Source of the DNA: Desulfurococcales archaeon
GTDB taxonomy: Archaea; Thermoproteota; Thermoprotei_A; Sulfolobales; NBVN01
DNA: 13,348 bases
Direction: 5' to 3'
Assembly: GCA_021163585.1 (NCBI GenBank)
Contig: JAGGTW010000018.1
Location: 1-13,348, forward strand
The notes beneath the pieces are model-generated. The model was given only the letters and a program-made list of their open reading frames with translations. It was not told where the DNA came from and made no database searches. Both the position numbers and the translations under genes were made by a program. Shown one piece after another: positions 1 to 7,295 of the stretch. Position 1 is the first letter of the stretch. Each line of letters opens with the position of its first letter.

Positions 1-968
1 AGGACGCCAAGGAAATATACGTCACGCTATCTGAGAGAGCCCTCAGCTTATACTCTAGTGGACTGATAAGGGAGTCCGTAGTTGTTACTAGGTTGACACC
101 GGAGATAATATCAAGTGGCTTATGGAGGGAGGCAGAGTTCAAGGAATTTGACTTGAGTATTGACGTACCCAAGCTAGTCCCGATCAGAAAGCACCCCTAC
201 ATACAGTTCCTCGAGTATGTTAGGTACATCGTCACTACCATGGGATTTAAGGAAATGAAGGGACCTCACGTAGAAACTGAGCTGTGGAACTTTGACGTTC
301 TCTTTGTACCGCAGTACCATCCATCAAGAAGGGAAACCGACGTATACATAGTTGAGGCTAAAGGCCCTGGAAGGGAGCGGGAGGAGTTAGTCAGTAAGGT
401 TAAGGCCATCCATGAATCAAGGCTGAAGTACAGTTGGAACCCTCTTAGGGCCCTGAGATTAATACTTAGAACTCACACAACATGTGTGTCTATGAGGACA
501 ATATACAGTCAGGGTGCTGGGGAATACAGGGCCTTCTCGCTGGACCGAGTCTTCAGGCCTGATACACCAGACCCGACGCACTTGATGGAGTTTCATCAGC
601 TTGAGGGAATAATCGTTGGTAGAAAAGTAACCTTTACTCACCTAATAGGCTTCTTCAAGGAGTTCGCTAAGAGGTTAAACCTAGGTGAAGTAATGTTTAG
701 GCCTGCCTACTTCCCATTCACTGAGCCAAGTATTGAGGGGTACATCAAGCACCCCAGACTAGGGTGGATCGAGGTCTTCCCAGGAGGCATGTTCAGACCT
801 GAGGTGCTCGAAGCTGTCGGATTAAAAGGTCATAACGTAGCTGCGTGGGGGATAGGAATAGATAGAATAGCTATGTTAGTGCTGGGTGTGGATGACATAA
901 GGAATCTCTACACTAATAATCTAAGAATAATTCGTTCTATGAAGGCTCCATATATGGTGAGTGAGTAA
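1..968 (+). CDS. pheS: Phenylalanine--tRNA ligase alpha subunit (archaeal type), 5'-partial at window edge
   Basis: The reading frame (codons at 3, 6, ... 93) has no stop from nt 3 to 968. The TTG at 93 in the ORF track is only the first start-like codon, so the gene continues upstream of the window. The translation carries class II aaRS motif-2-like 'FRPDTPDPTHLMEFHQLEG' and motif-3-like 'GIGIDRIAML'. The TAA stop (966-968) overlaps the next ATG (TAATG). Confidence 0.93.
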   Translation, partial: DAKEIYVTLSERALSLYSSGLIRESVVVTRLTPEIISSGLWREAEFKEFDLSIDVPKLVPIRKHPYIQFLEYVRYIVTTMGFKEMKGPHVETELWNFDVLFVPQYHPSRRETDVYIVEAKGPGREREELVSKVKAIHESRLKYSWNPLRALRLILRTHTTCVSMRTIYSQGAGEYRAFSLDRVFRPDTPDPTHLMEFHQLEGIIVGRKVTFTHLIGFFKEFAKRLNLGEVMFRPAYFPFTEPSIEGYIKHPRLGWIEVFPGGMFRPEVLEAVGLKGHNVAAWGIGIDRIAMLVLGVDDIRNLYTNNLRIIRSMKAPYMVSE

Positions 969-2620
969 TGCCTGTAGTTGAAGTAAAGTTATGGGATCTT
1001 GCCAGACTAGTTAAAGAGGAATTGAGTATTAGCACACTAAGCAACTTGCTTACTGCACTGAAAGCTGAGGTGGAGGAGCTGAGTGAAGACACAGTAATTT
1101 ATGAAGCTTCACATGATAGACCCGATCTGTTCTCTGCTGAAGGTCTCAGTAGGGCGTTGTCGTTTATTCTGGGGGTTAGGTGCCCTTCGAAGTATGTGGT
1201 CAGTCGCTCAGACATATACTTAGATGTAAGTAATGCCCCGGATTACAGACCTTATGCTTTCATAGCTATAGTCAGAAATGTTGAGCTGGACGACGAGTCC
1301 ATAAGGCAGTTATTCCAGTTGCAAGAGAAGCTGCACCTTACCTATTGCGGTGACCGTGAGTTCGTTTCAATAGGACTTTATGACTTAGATAAAGTCAAGC
1401 CTCCTATAAGGTACGTTGAAGTAAGAAATGCTGAATTCAGACCCTTAAACGAGTCAGTAACCATGACCCTTGATGATATATTGAAGAAAACCGAAAAAGG
1501 TTTAAAGTATGCTCACTTAGTGAAAAAGAATAAGTATCCTCTGCTCCGGGACTCGGAGGGCGAAGTTCTGTCATTCCCGCCAATAATTAATTGTGATGTA
1601 AACAAAATTACTGAAGACACGAAGAACGTCTTGATAGATGTTACAGGTACTGAGCCTCAACTCATGGCTAAGGTGTTGAACATAATTACTACGTCAGTAG
1701 CCGAGAGAGGAGGTAGGGGAGGCGCAGTCATAGAGTCCGCCAAGGTATTAAGACGCAACGGTGAGGTAATTGACCTGGCGCCTAAGCTTGAGGGGTCAGT
1801 AATCGACCTAAAGCTACGCAATATAGAAAGCCTAGTAGGGATCAAATTGAACTTCAATGAAGTCAGAGATATGCTTCCTAGGATGGGGTATCTAATAGAG
1901 AAGGAAGACGCCGACACATTAAAGGTTTGGGTTCCACCGTATAGAATCGACGTAATTGGGGAGGTCGACCTCATTGAGGATATCACCATCGTCTATGGAT
2001 ACGAGAAACTGCCTGCTGAAGTACTCCCACCCACTCATTTTGGCGGAGTGAGCCCTATTGAGTACTTCTCTTCGATCATAAGGGACTTGATGATGGGTCT
2101 GGGATTTGAGGAAGTGGTTAATTTCATGCTAGTGGATTCAGAGCTCATTGCGGACGTCAGTCCGGAGGCTTACGTAAAACTAGCTAATCCTAAAATGAAG
2201 ACCTACTCTGCAGTAAGGAACTCGATGATACCGTCCCTGCTTTTATCAGTTATTGAGAACGCTGACCTCCATCAGCAACTTAAGATCTTTGAAGTCGGAG
2301 ATGTAGTTAAAGTAACTGATGATGGAGCTTATGTGAGTCAGCGGTACTTGGGCTTCGCTGTGTATGGTGATAGCGTGACCTTGACTGACGGCTTAGTTAC
2401 CATTAAGTCGCTCTTGACTGCCCTAGGGATAAACTATGAATTAAGGCGGGGCGAGCATGAAGTATTCATTAAGGGTAGGACAGCTAAGGTAGTGGTTAGT
2501 GGCAGTGAGGTGGGTATATTGGGTGAGGTACACCCTGAGTATCTGGTTAAGTATAGGCTTGTGTGGCCCTTGGTTGTGGGTGAGCTGAACTTAAGTAAAT
2601 TAATTAGTGAATTTAAGTAA
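968..2620 (+). CDS. pheT: Phenylalanine--tRNA ligase beta subunit (archaeal type)
   Basis: A 550-aa ORF whose ATG at 968 overlaps the pheS stop by 1 nt. A GGTGA Shine-Dalgarno-like motif lies at 956-960. The B5-domain-like signature 'PPYRIDVIGEVDLIEDITIVYGYEKLP', the size, and the position directly after pheS all fit archaeal PheT. Confidence 0.92.
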   Translation: MPVVEVKLWDLARLVKEELSISTLSNLLTALKAEVEELSEDTVIYEASHDRPDLFSAEGLSRALSFILGVRCPSKYVVSRSDIYLDVSNAPDYRPYAFIAIVRNVELDDESIRQLFQLQEKLHLTYCGDREFVSIGLYDLDKVKPPIRYVEVRNAEFRPLNESVTMTLDDILKKTEKGLKYAHLVKKNKYPLLRDSEGEVLSFPPIINCDVNKITEDTKNVLIDVTGTEPQLMAKVLNIITTSVAERGGRGGAVIESAKVLRRNGEVIDLAPKLEGSVIDLKLRNIESLVGIKLNFNEVRDMLPRMGYLIEKEDADTLKVWVPPYRIDVIGEVDLIEDITIVYGYEKLPAEVLPPTHFGGVSPIEYFSSIIRDLMMGLGFEEVVNFMLVDSELIADVSPEAYVKLANPKMKTYSAVRNSMIPSLLLSVIENADLHQQLKIFEVGDVVKVTDDGAYVSQRYLGFAVYGDSVTLTDGLVTIKSLLTALGINYELRRGEHEVFIKGRTAKVVVSGSEVGILGEVHPEYLVKYRLVWPLVVGELNLSKLISEFK

Positions 2621-2636
2621 ACTACTTCTTCACTTC

Positions 2637-4748
2637 TTAAGTTGCTGTCTTCCTTACTAGCTCACGTGCTTCCTTAACAATCTCTCTAGCTAAGGTCTCT
2701 CCAAACGTAGGCAATTTAGATATTCTTAGCGGGTCTGCTGCAGCCAGGTCTTCCAGGGACCTTATGTTATTCATGATCAGTATGCGTGCTCTAACCCTTC
2801 CAATACCTCTCACCCTGACTAGGTCTAGTGCGTCTTCCTTAACACCATGTTTTACTCTATGTGCGAGCACATTAAGTCTTCGTGAGTGCTGCCTCAGTCC
2901 ATAGATGTGGCACACTCTTGATGCTGCATATACTAGCCATGAGGCCGTCTCAACTATATTGTGCAGGTCGCCTGCGCCTACGCCGAAACGCTCAAGTATC
3001 TGATCCTCATCAACTTCCTCGATCCATGCGTGCAGTATTCTTCCAGCCTTGTATGCCCTTAGGAGGTCATAGTAATCTAAGCCGAACCTAGGTTCAGGGA
3101 TTTCGCCATTATCTAGTGCTGCCTCCATTTCCTCTGCTAGTGTTCTGTACTTAGTAATTCTAACTCTCTCGAAATCAGGTGTCATCGCTATTAGCACTAA
3201 ATAGTATATGTTCGGTACGTTCTGCTGTTTCTTTAGATCATCAATAATTACGAGTGCTGTGAGAGGGTCTATGTAGAGCTTGCTCACATAACTCCCCAAT
3301 GGAGTAGCTTTAAGGTGTTCTCTCTCAATTTTCACCATCTCCATACTTACCAGCTGGTCGATAGTGTACTCTATAGCTTCATCACTGAGTAGTGAAGCTA
3401 GTTGCTTAAACGCTAGTGTTGATTCCATTACCTCCATTAACTCCCTCATATTCGCCACATAACCTGATGCTATAAGTGACAATGTATGTATTCTCATTGC
3501 CCGGGCATTTACTAAGGCTGATTTGACATCTTCCGGAACACCCTTAACGTACCTCCACCCCTCCTCCTCACTCCTGGCATCAGCTACTACAGCCTCACCG
3601 TATGGGTCGTACTGCGGCCTCCCAGCCCTACCAGCCATCTGCTTATACTCGGCAATTGATATTGGCTTCATGTACCCGGACTCGTACCTCCTAGTATATA
3701 TGATGACCCTCCTAGCGGGCATATTGATCCCTGCCGCCAGAGTCGGTGTTGCAACTACGACCCTAAGAAAGCCTGCCCTAAATCCTTCCTCTATCGTTCT
3801 GCGGCTAGCGAATGACAGCCCTGCATGGTGGAACGAAATACCTCTCCTAAATAATTGAGCAAGAGCACTAACTTCAGAGTTCGGGGCACCACGGCTCTTA
3901 AGCTTCTCTACCAAATCGTAGTACCCCAGCGACTCAGGCATTAGTCTCGTTAACTTTTTAGCAGTTTCTTCAGCCCTACTTCGTGACTGCCTGAAAATAA
4001 GTACCTGGTAGTTCTCCCTCAAAGCCCTCACAGCAACGTAGTCAAGAAGGCTGCCTGAGACCTCCTCCTCCCTTCCGTCCTCAAAGAAAATTTTCTTTTT
4101 TCTCTTGTTGTAGTATCCCTCAATCAGCCTGACAGGCCTCCAGTCACTAACTACTAACTCTGCATTAAGCCACTCAGCTAACTCACCCGGATTGCCGACT
4201 GTCGCACTTAGCCCTATTAGCTGCTTCCCCTCCCTTAAAGCCCTAACAGCCAACAGCTCTACTATTGGCCCTCTATCCGTGTCACCTATTGTATGAAACT
4301 CATCTATGATTATGACGCCTACATCCCTAAGCCATCGTGGCTTAAGCCTGAAGATGGAATCAAGCCTTTCGTATGTGGCTACTACTACATCATACCGCCC
4401 TAACCACTCACCTGGTTCATCAAAATCACCTGTAGATATCCCTACTTTTACGCCTATGTCATACCACAAGCTAAACTCCTCATATTTCTCGCTAGCCAGC
4501 GTCTTTAGTGGTGTGGCGTATATGACCTTCATCCCCCTCAAATATGCGTTAGCAAGGGCTAGCTCTGCAATTAGTGTCTTACCGCTGGCTGTGGGAGCAG
4601 TTACCAGCATATTCTTAAACTCTAGAACCCCACGTCTCAGAGCCTCAGCTTGCGGTGGGGTGAAATACCTTATGCCCCTACTTCTTAGAACTCTGATTAC
4701 CTCACTAGGTAGGTTAAAGTTCTCGATCGGCTCAAGCAGTGAGGGCAT
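2637..4748 (-). CDS. hel308: Hel308/Hjm-type Ski2-like superfamily-2 DNA helicase
   Basis: Helicase motifs are present: 'APTASGKT' (Walker A), 'DEFH' (DExH), 'SAT', and 'QMAGRAGR' (motif VI). The ~700-aa length with a long C-terminal WH/ratchet/HhH-type region matches archaeal Hel308. The ORF opens at GTG 4763. I prefer ATG 4748 (MPSLLEPIENFNLP...) because a TATA-like TTTAAGA (complement of 4773-4779) sits ~28 nt upstream, consistent with a leaderless mRNA. GTG 4763 remains possible. Confidence 0.9.
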   Translation of the reverse strand: MPSLLEPIENFNLPSEVIRVLRSRGIRYFTPPQAEALRRGVLEFKNMLVTAPTASGKTLIAELALANAYLRGMKVIYATPLKTLASEKYEEFSLWYDIGVKVGISTGDFDEPGEWLGRYDVVVATYERLDSIFRLKPRWLRDVGVIIIDEFHTIGDTDRGPIVELLAVRALREGKQLIGLSATVGNPGELAEWLNAELVVSDWRPVRLIEGYYNKRKKKIFFEDGREEEVSGSLLDYVAVRALRENYQVLIFRQSRSRAEETAKKLTRLMPESLGYYDLVEKLKSRGAPNSEVSALAQLFRRGISFHHAGLSFASRRTIEEGFRAGFLRVVVATPTLAAGINMPARRVIIYTRRYESGYMKPISIAEYKQMAGRAGRPQYDPYGEAVVADARSEEEGWRYVKGVPEDVKSALVNARAMRIHTLSLIASGYVANMRELMEVMESTLAFKQLASLLSDEAIEYTIDQLVSMEMVKIEREHLKATPLGSYVSKLYIDPLTALVIIDDLKKQQNVPNIYYLVLIAMTPDFERVRITKYRTLAEEMEAALDNGEIPEPRFGLDYYDLLRAYKAGRILHAWIEEVDEDQILERFGVGAGDLHNIVETASWLVYAASRVCHIYGLRQHSRRLNVLAHRVKHGVKEDALDLVRVRGIGRVRARILIMNNIRSLEDLAAADPLRISKLPTFGETLAREIVKEARELVRKTAT

Positions 4749-4796
4749 TCTGTTAAACCTCACAGCAAGTAGTCTTAAAGGTATGTTCAGGTTACT

Positions 4797-4812
4797 TATT
4801 TCTTAAAAACCC
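4797..4812 (-). terminator. Oligo-T tract after hypC (candidate terminator; overlaps a TATA-like TTTTTAAGAAATA upstream of hel308)
   Basis: The minus-sense sequence TAG-AGGGACTGGG-TTTTT-AAGAAATAAG has its T5 run (complement of 4805-4809) starting 10 nt after the hypC stop. Confidence 0.3.
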
Positions 4813-4819
4813 AGTCCCT

Positions 4820-5053
4820 CTAACTTAGTTCACTGGCTATCTCATTAAATAACTTAATGAGTTCCCTAGCCTCAGACTCATCAAGCTTACTGATAGCAAT
4901 GCCTGCATGAACTATGACGTAATCGCCTGCTCTAACATCCTCAAGTAAACTTACATCCACTTCAGTTCTTACGCCACCAGCTTCTACCTCAGCTAATTTT
5001 AACTCACCCTCACTCCACACACGCGCGATCCTCATTGGAATACCCAAGCACAT
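4820..5053 (-). CDS. hypC: HypC/HybG/HupF-family [NiFe]-hydrogenase maturation chaperone
   Basis: The translation contains the family-defining N-terminus 'MCLGIP' and the 'GDYVIVHAGIAI' core. The track ORF starts 5 codons earlier at GTG 5068. HypC proteins need Cys as the first residue after Met, and ATG 5053 is preceded by the SD-like GGTGAGGTG (complement of 5066-5074), so 5053 is the likely start. Confidence 0.88.
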   Translation of the reverse strand: MCLGIPMRIARVWSEGELKLAEVEAGGVRTEVDVSLLEDVRAGDYVIVHAGIAISKLDESEARELIKLFNEIASELS

Positions 5054-5086
5054 TGTACTAACGCCCACCTCACCAGAATACTAGAA

Positions 5087-5176
5087 TCTTAAATCCTATA
5101 ACTTTTAACTTTATAAGAAAGTGTCTGCGAGCTTTAGAGTCTGAAGTATGCTGGAAATTGATAGTTTTTATTTAGA
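5087..5176. promoter_or_regulatory. Divergent promoter region between hypC and the radical SAM gene
   Basis: This A/T-rich stretch holds the near-palindromic TATA-like TTTATAAG (5110-5117), which is usable in both orientations. It also holds ATTTAAGA on the minus strand (complement of 5087-5094) and TTTTTATTTA (5165-5174) on the plus strand. Confidence 0.4.
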
Positions 5177-5193
5177 TCTAACAACTTTACTAA

Positions 5194-5254
5194 GTGGATG
5201 AACGGTGCGGTCGTAGCTGAGCCGGGCAATGATGTGAACGGCGGGCTTTAGTGA
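5194..5254 (+). ncRNA. Candidate C/D-box-like small RNA or structured 5' leader of the radical SAM gene (weak)
   Basis: A 60% GC island (33/55 nt hand-counted for 5196-5250) sits in a ~29% GC intergenic region (32/110 for 5081-5190). The layout is GGAUGA (5196-5201), a 15-nt spacer, CUGA (5217-5220), 8 nt, AUGAUGU (5229-5235), a 15-nt spacer, then GUGA (5251-5254). A TATA-like TTTTTATTTA at 5165-5174 predicts a TSS near 5195. The terminal boxes deviate from consensus and the spacers are longer than the usual ~12 nt. Confidence 0.2.
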
Positions 5255-6657
5255 CAAACACAACAGTGGTGGTAGGTACGAGGAAAGTCCTCCTATTATT
5301 TGGATACACAAGGTGGAACAAGTACAGCATTGCTGCGCTGCTGGGTGTGCTGGAAAAAGAAGGAATTGATAAAGAGATCAGGATTATGATTAGTAGTCTA
5401 AGCGGGCTCCACAACATATTGAATGCTAGCCTGAGGAGCAAGTACGAGTTAGTGATCGTAGCTATATCTTTAATGTCAACCCAACTGCCCCTCCTGCTAG
5501 GTGATATTAGAAAACTAGTGGAAAGTGCGAGGAAAGTAGGAGCTATCACGGTTGTAGGGGGGCCGCACGCTACAGGAGACCCTTACGGCTCATTAATATC
5601 CCTAGGATTTGATGTTGCTTTCTTAAGCGAATCTGAGAGATCGTTTACGGAGTTTATAAGAGCTATAGTTGATGAAGGCGATCCGTTGAAAGTACGTGGC
5701 ACTGCATTCTGGGATGGTGAGAGAGTAATCTTAAATGGTAGGCCCGTTCCCATAGACCTTAATGAATACCCTCCTTTCTCCCTGAAGTACGGCTTCCTAG
5801 GTCCTATAGAAATTACTAGAGGATGTCCATTCGCGTGCAAGTACTGTCAGGTAAGCTACATGTTTGGTACGAGGCCAAGGCACAGAAGAATTGACAACTT
5901 AACTTACTACGCCCTGGAACTAATCAAAAGAGGGCTAAGGGACATACGATTCATATCCCCTAACAGCTTCGGTTATGGAAGCATGGGTTCCAGCGTGAAC
6001 TATAGTGCGCTTGAGGACCTCGTGACAGCCCTTCAAGAAGTTAGGAAGCGTGGAGGGAGGGTGTACCTAGGCTCATTCCCTAGTGAAGTCAGACCTGACT
6101 TTGTTGAGGCGGAGGTGGTTAAGTTGATCAGGGATAATGTAGATAATAAGAGGATAATAATAGGTGCTCAGTCAGGGTCAGATAGGGTACTGAAGCTTAT
6201 CGGGAGGTCCCACTCCGCAGATGACGTACTTAATGCTGTCGCTTTGCTGAGGCAGTATGGCTTCGGGGTCGATGTCGATTATATCTTTGGGTTACCAGGG
6301 GAAACCGCCGAGGACTGCAGGGAGACTATAAACCATATAGCTAAGGTCATTGGGCTGGGTGCGCGGGTACACGCACATGTCTTCCTTCCATTACCTGGTA
6401 CTCCACTAGTTTTTGATGCACCAGGTAAAATAACACATGACTTAAGGCGGGAGTTGTTTAAGCTCCTTGGAAGAGGGCTTATTTACGGGCAGTGGGTGAG
6501 GCAGGAAATGCTGGCTTCAGAAATAGATGAGCTGAGGCGGAGGTACGTGATTATTGCGTCACCGAAGAGGGTTGATGAGGCACTTAATAAGCTGGGTAGG
6601 TCGGAACTAAGGGCCAGACCAGCTGCTCAGGCTATGTTGAAAGTAATTAAGAGCTAA
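5251..6657 (+). CDS. B12-binding-domain / radical SAM domain protein (class B radical SAM, function unknown)
   Basis: The N-terminal Rossmann-like B12-binding-type domain shows 'KVLLLFGY...VVGGPHATGDP'. It is followed by the radical SAM cluster motif 'GCPFACKYC' (CxxxCxxC; Cys codons at 5824-5826, 5836-5838 and 5845-5847). It resembles the archaeal MJ_1487-like B12/rSAM proteins, but the subfamily needs an HMM search. The start is GTG 5251, the first start codon after the in-frame TGA at 5230-5232; GTG 5266/5269 are alternatives. Confidence 0.88.
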   Translation: MTNTTVVVGTRKVLLLFGYTRWNKYSIAALLGVLEKEGIDKEIRIMISSLSGLHNILNASLRSKYELVIVAISLMSTQLPLLLGDIRKLVESARKVGAITVVGGPHATGDPYGSLISLGFDVAFLSESERSFTEFIRAIVDEGDPLKVRGTAFWDGERVILNGRPVPIDLNEYPPFSLKYGFLGPIEITRGCPFACKYCQVSYMFGTRPRHRRIDNLTYYALELIKRGLRDIRFISPNSFGYGSMGSSVNYSALEDLVTALQEVRKRGGRVYLGSFPSEVRPDFVEAEVVKLIRDNVDNKRIIIGAQSGSDRVLKLIGRSHSADDVLNAVALLRQYGFGVDVDYIFGLPGETAEDCRETINHIAKVIGLGARVHAHVFLPLPGTPLVFDAPGKITHDLRRELFKLLGRGLIYGQWVRQEMLASEIDELRRRYVIIASPKRVDEALNKLGRSELRARPAAQAMLKVIKS

Positions 6658-7295
6658 CGCACACGCCTTTTGATGGCCCATGACCACTTGCTTGCTAGTC
6701 CACTCAGCATGTAACCAGGCACGGGCTTTAGACGTCCCTTCCTTAAAGCCTCAAGCAGGTCGTCGCATGTCAGGTCATCCACATCAACGATGTTGTATGG
6801 TACACCGATCATCTCAGGTACGTGTGCATCAGAATTCGCCATACTCACACTGTGTATGCTCCGCAAAGTAGTCCATGCTAACATATTTGTTAATGGGTCA
6901 CTGAATCCATTCCAGCACTCAATACCGTCCCAGATCTTGAGGTGGGCGAGCCTCCCTACTCCAGCCCTGACCACATCAAATGGGTGTGCTGGTATGAGGA
7001 GGCAGTTATTTGAGCGTGCGTGGGTTACTAAAACACTTAGTTTCTTATGAATAGTTATCGGATGCGGACACAGTACCAGGACGTCACCATACTCTGTCCG
7101 TACTTCAGCACCATGTAAGACCAATACGCTGCCATCGTTCTCATTACTAGCCATCACACTCCCTTTGAAGCTGTCATGGTCAGTGACGGCTATAACTTTA
7201 AAACCCTTCTTCCTAGCAAGCCTCGGTATATCTCTCGGATGCATCGAACCGTCGCTGACCAGGGAATGTATGTGGAAGTCAGCTTTTATTAGCAC
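6654..7295 (-). CDS. PHP-domain metal-dependent phosphoesterase
   Basis: PHP motifs appear in order: 'ADFHIHSLVSDG', 'VTDHDS', 'HGAEV', 'IPAHP', 'SDAH'. The GTG start at 7295 lies 17 nt inside the 3' end of the upstream acdA-like gene. It is preceded by SD-like GAGGAGG (complement of 7307-7313) and AGGAG. Confidence 0.85.
   Translation of the reverse strand: MLIKADFHIHSLVSDGSMHPRDIPRLARKKGFKVIAVTDHDSFKGSVMASNENDGSVLVLHGAEVRTEYGDVLVLCPHPITIHKKLSVLVTHARSNNCLLIPAHPFDVVRAGVGRLAHLKIWDGIECWNGFSDPLTNMLAWTTLRSIHSVSMANSDAHVPEMIGVPYNIVDVDDLTCDDLLEALRKGRLKPVPGYMLSGLASKWSWAIKRRVR

Noticed and set aside
2588-2643. Short repeats at the pheT/hel308 convergent junction: TTAAGTAAA twice (2591-2599, 2613-2621), (T/C)ACTTCTT twice (2623-2638), and AACTTAAG/CTTAAGTT inverted copies (2588-2595, 2636-2643).
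   Set aside because: These are low-complexity A/T-rich 8-9-mers built around the self-complementary CTTAAG. They are partly coding (the pheT C-terminus LSKLISEFK). The possible stem has a 40-nt loop and there is no oligo-T, so it is not convincing as a terminator or element.
4081-4105. Homopolymer-rich stretch (plus-strand TTTT C TTTTTT) inside hel308, a possible slippery or terminator site.
   Set aside because: On the helicase sense strand it reads as A-runs encoding KRKKKIFFED. The frame is intact through it and the sense-strand T-run is only 4 nt.
4306-4806. 166-aa plus-strand ORF antisense to the hel308 5' region. Similar antisense ORFs lie at 2882-3091 and 3523-3858.
   Set aside because: It lies entirely inside a well-supported helicase gene on the other strand. 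Its Ser/Thr/Leu/Pro-rich low-complexity translation is typical of the antisense frame of a real gene, and there is no start context or promoter.
5148-5201. 17-codon mini-ORF (MLEIDSFYLDLTTLLSG) in the hypC/rSAM intergenic region, possibly a leader peptide downstream of the bidirectional TTTATAAG element.
   Set aside because: It is too short for any statistical support, has no SD motif, and I cannot assess conservation. It is noted only as something ribosome profiling could test.
5120-5250. Possible cobalamin riboswitch upstream of the B12-binding radical SAM gene.
   Set aside because: There is no B12-box-like core (e.g. GCCACTG) and no multi-helix junction potential. The element is far too short, and such riboswitches are not expected in crenarchaea.
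5190-5549. 119-aa minus-strand ORF overlapping the radical SAM 5' end and the GC island. The ORF at 5583-5840 is similar.
   Set aside because: It is antisense to the B12-binding domain coding region, has no recognisable fold signature, and would collide with the plus-strand promoter elements.
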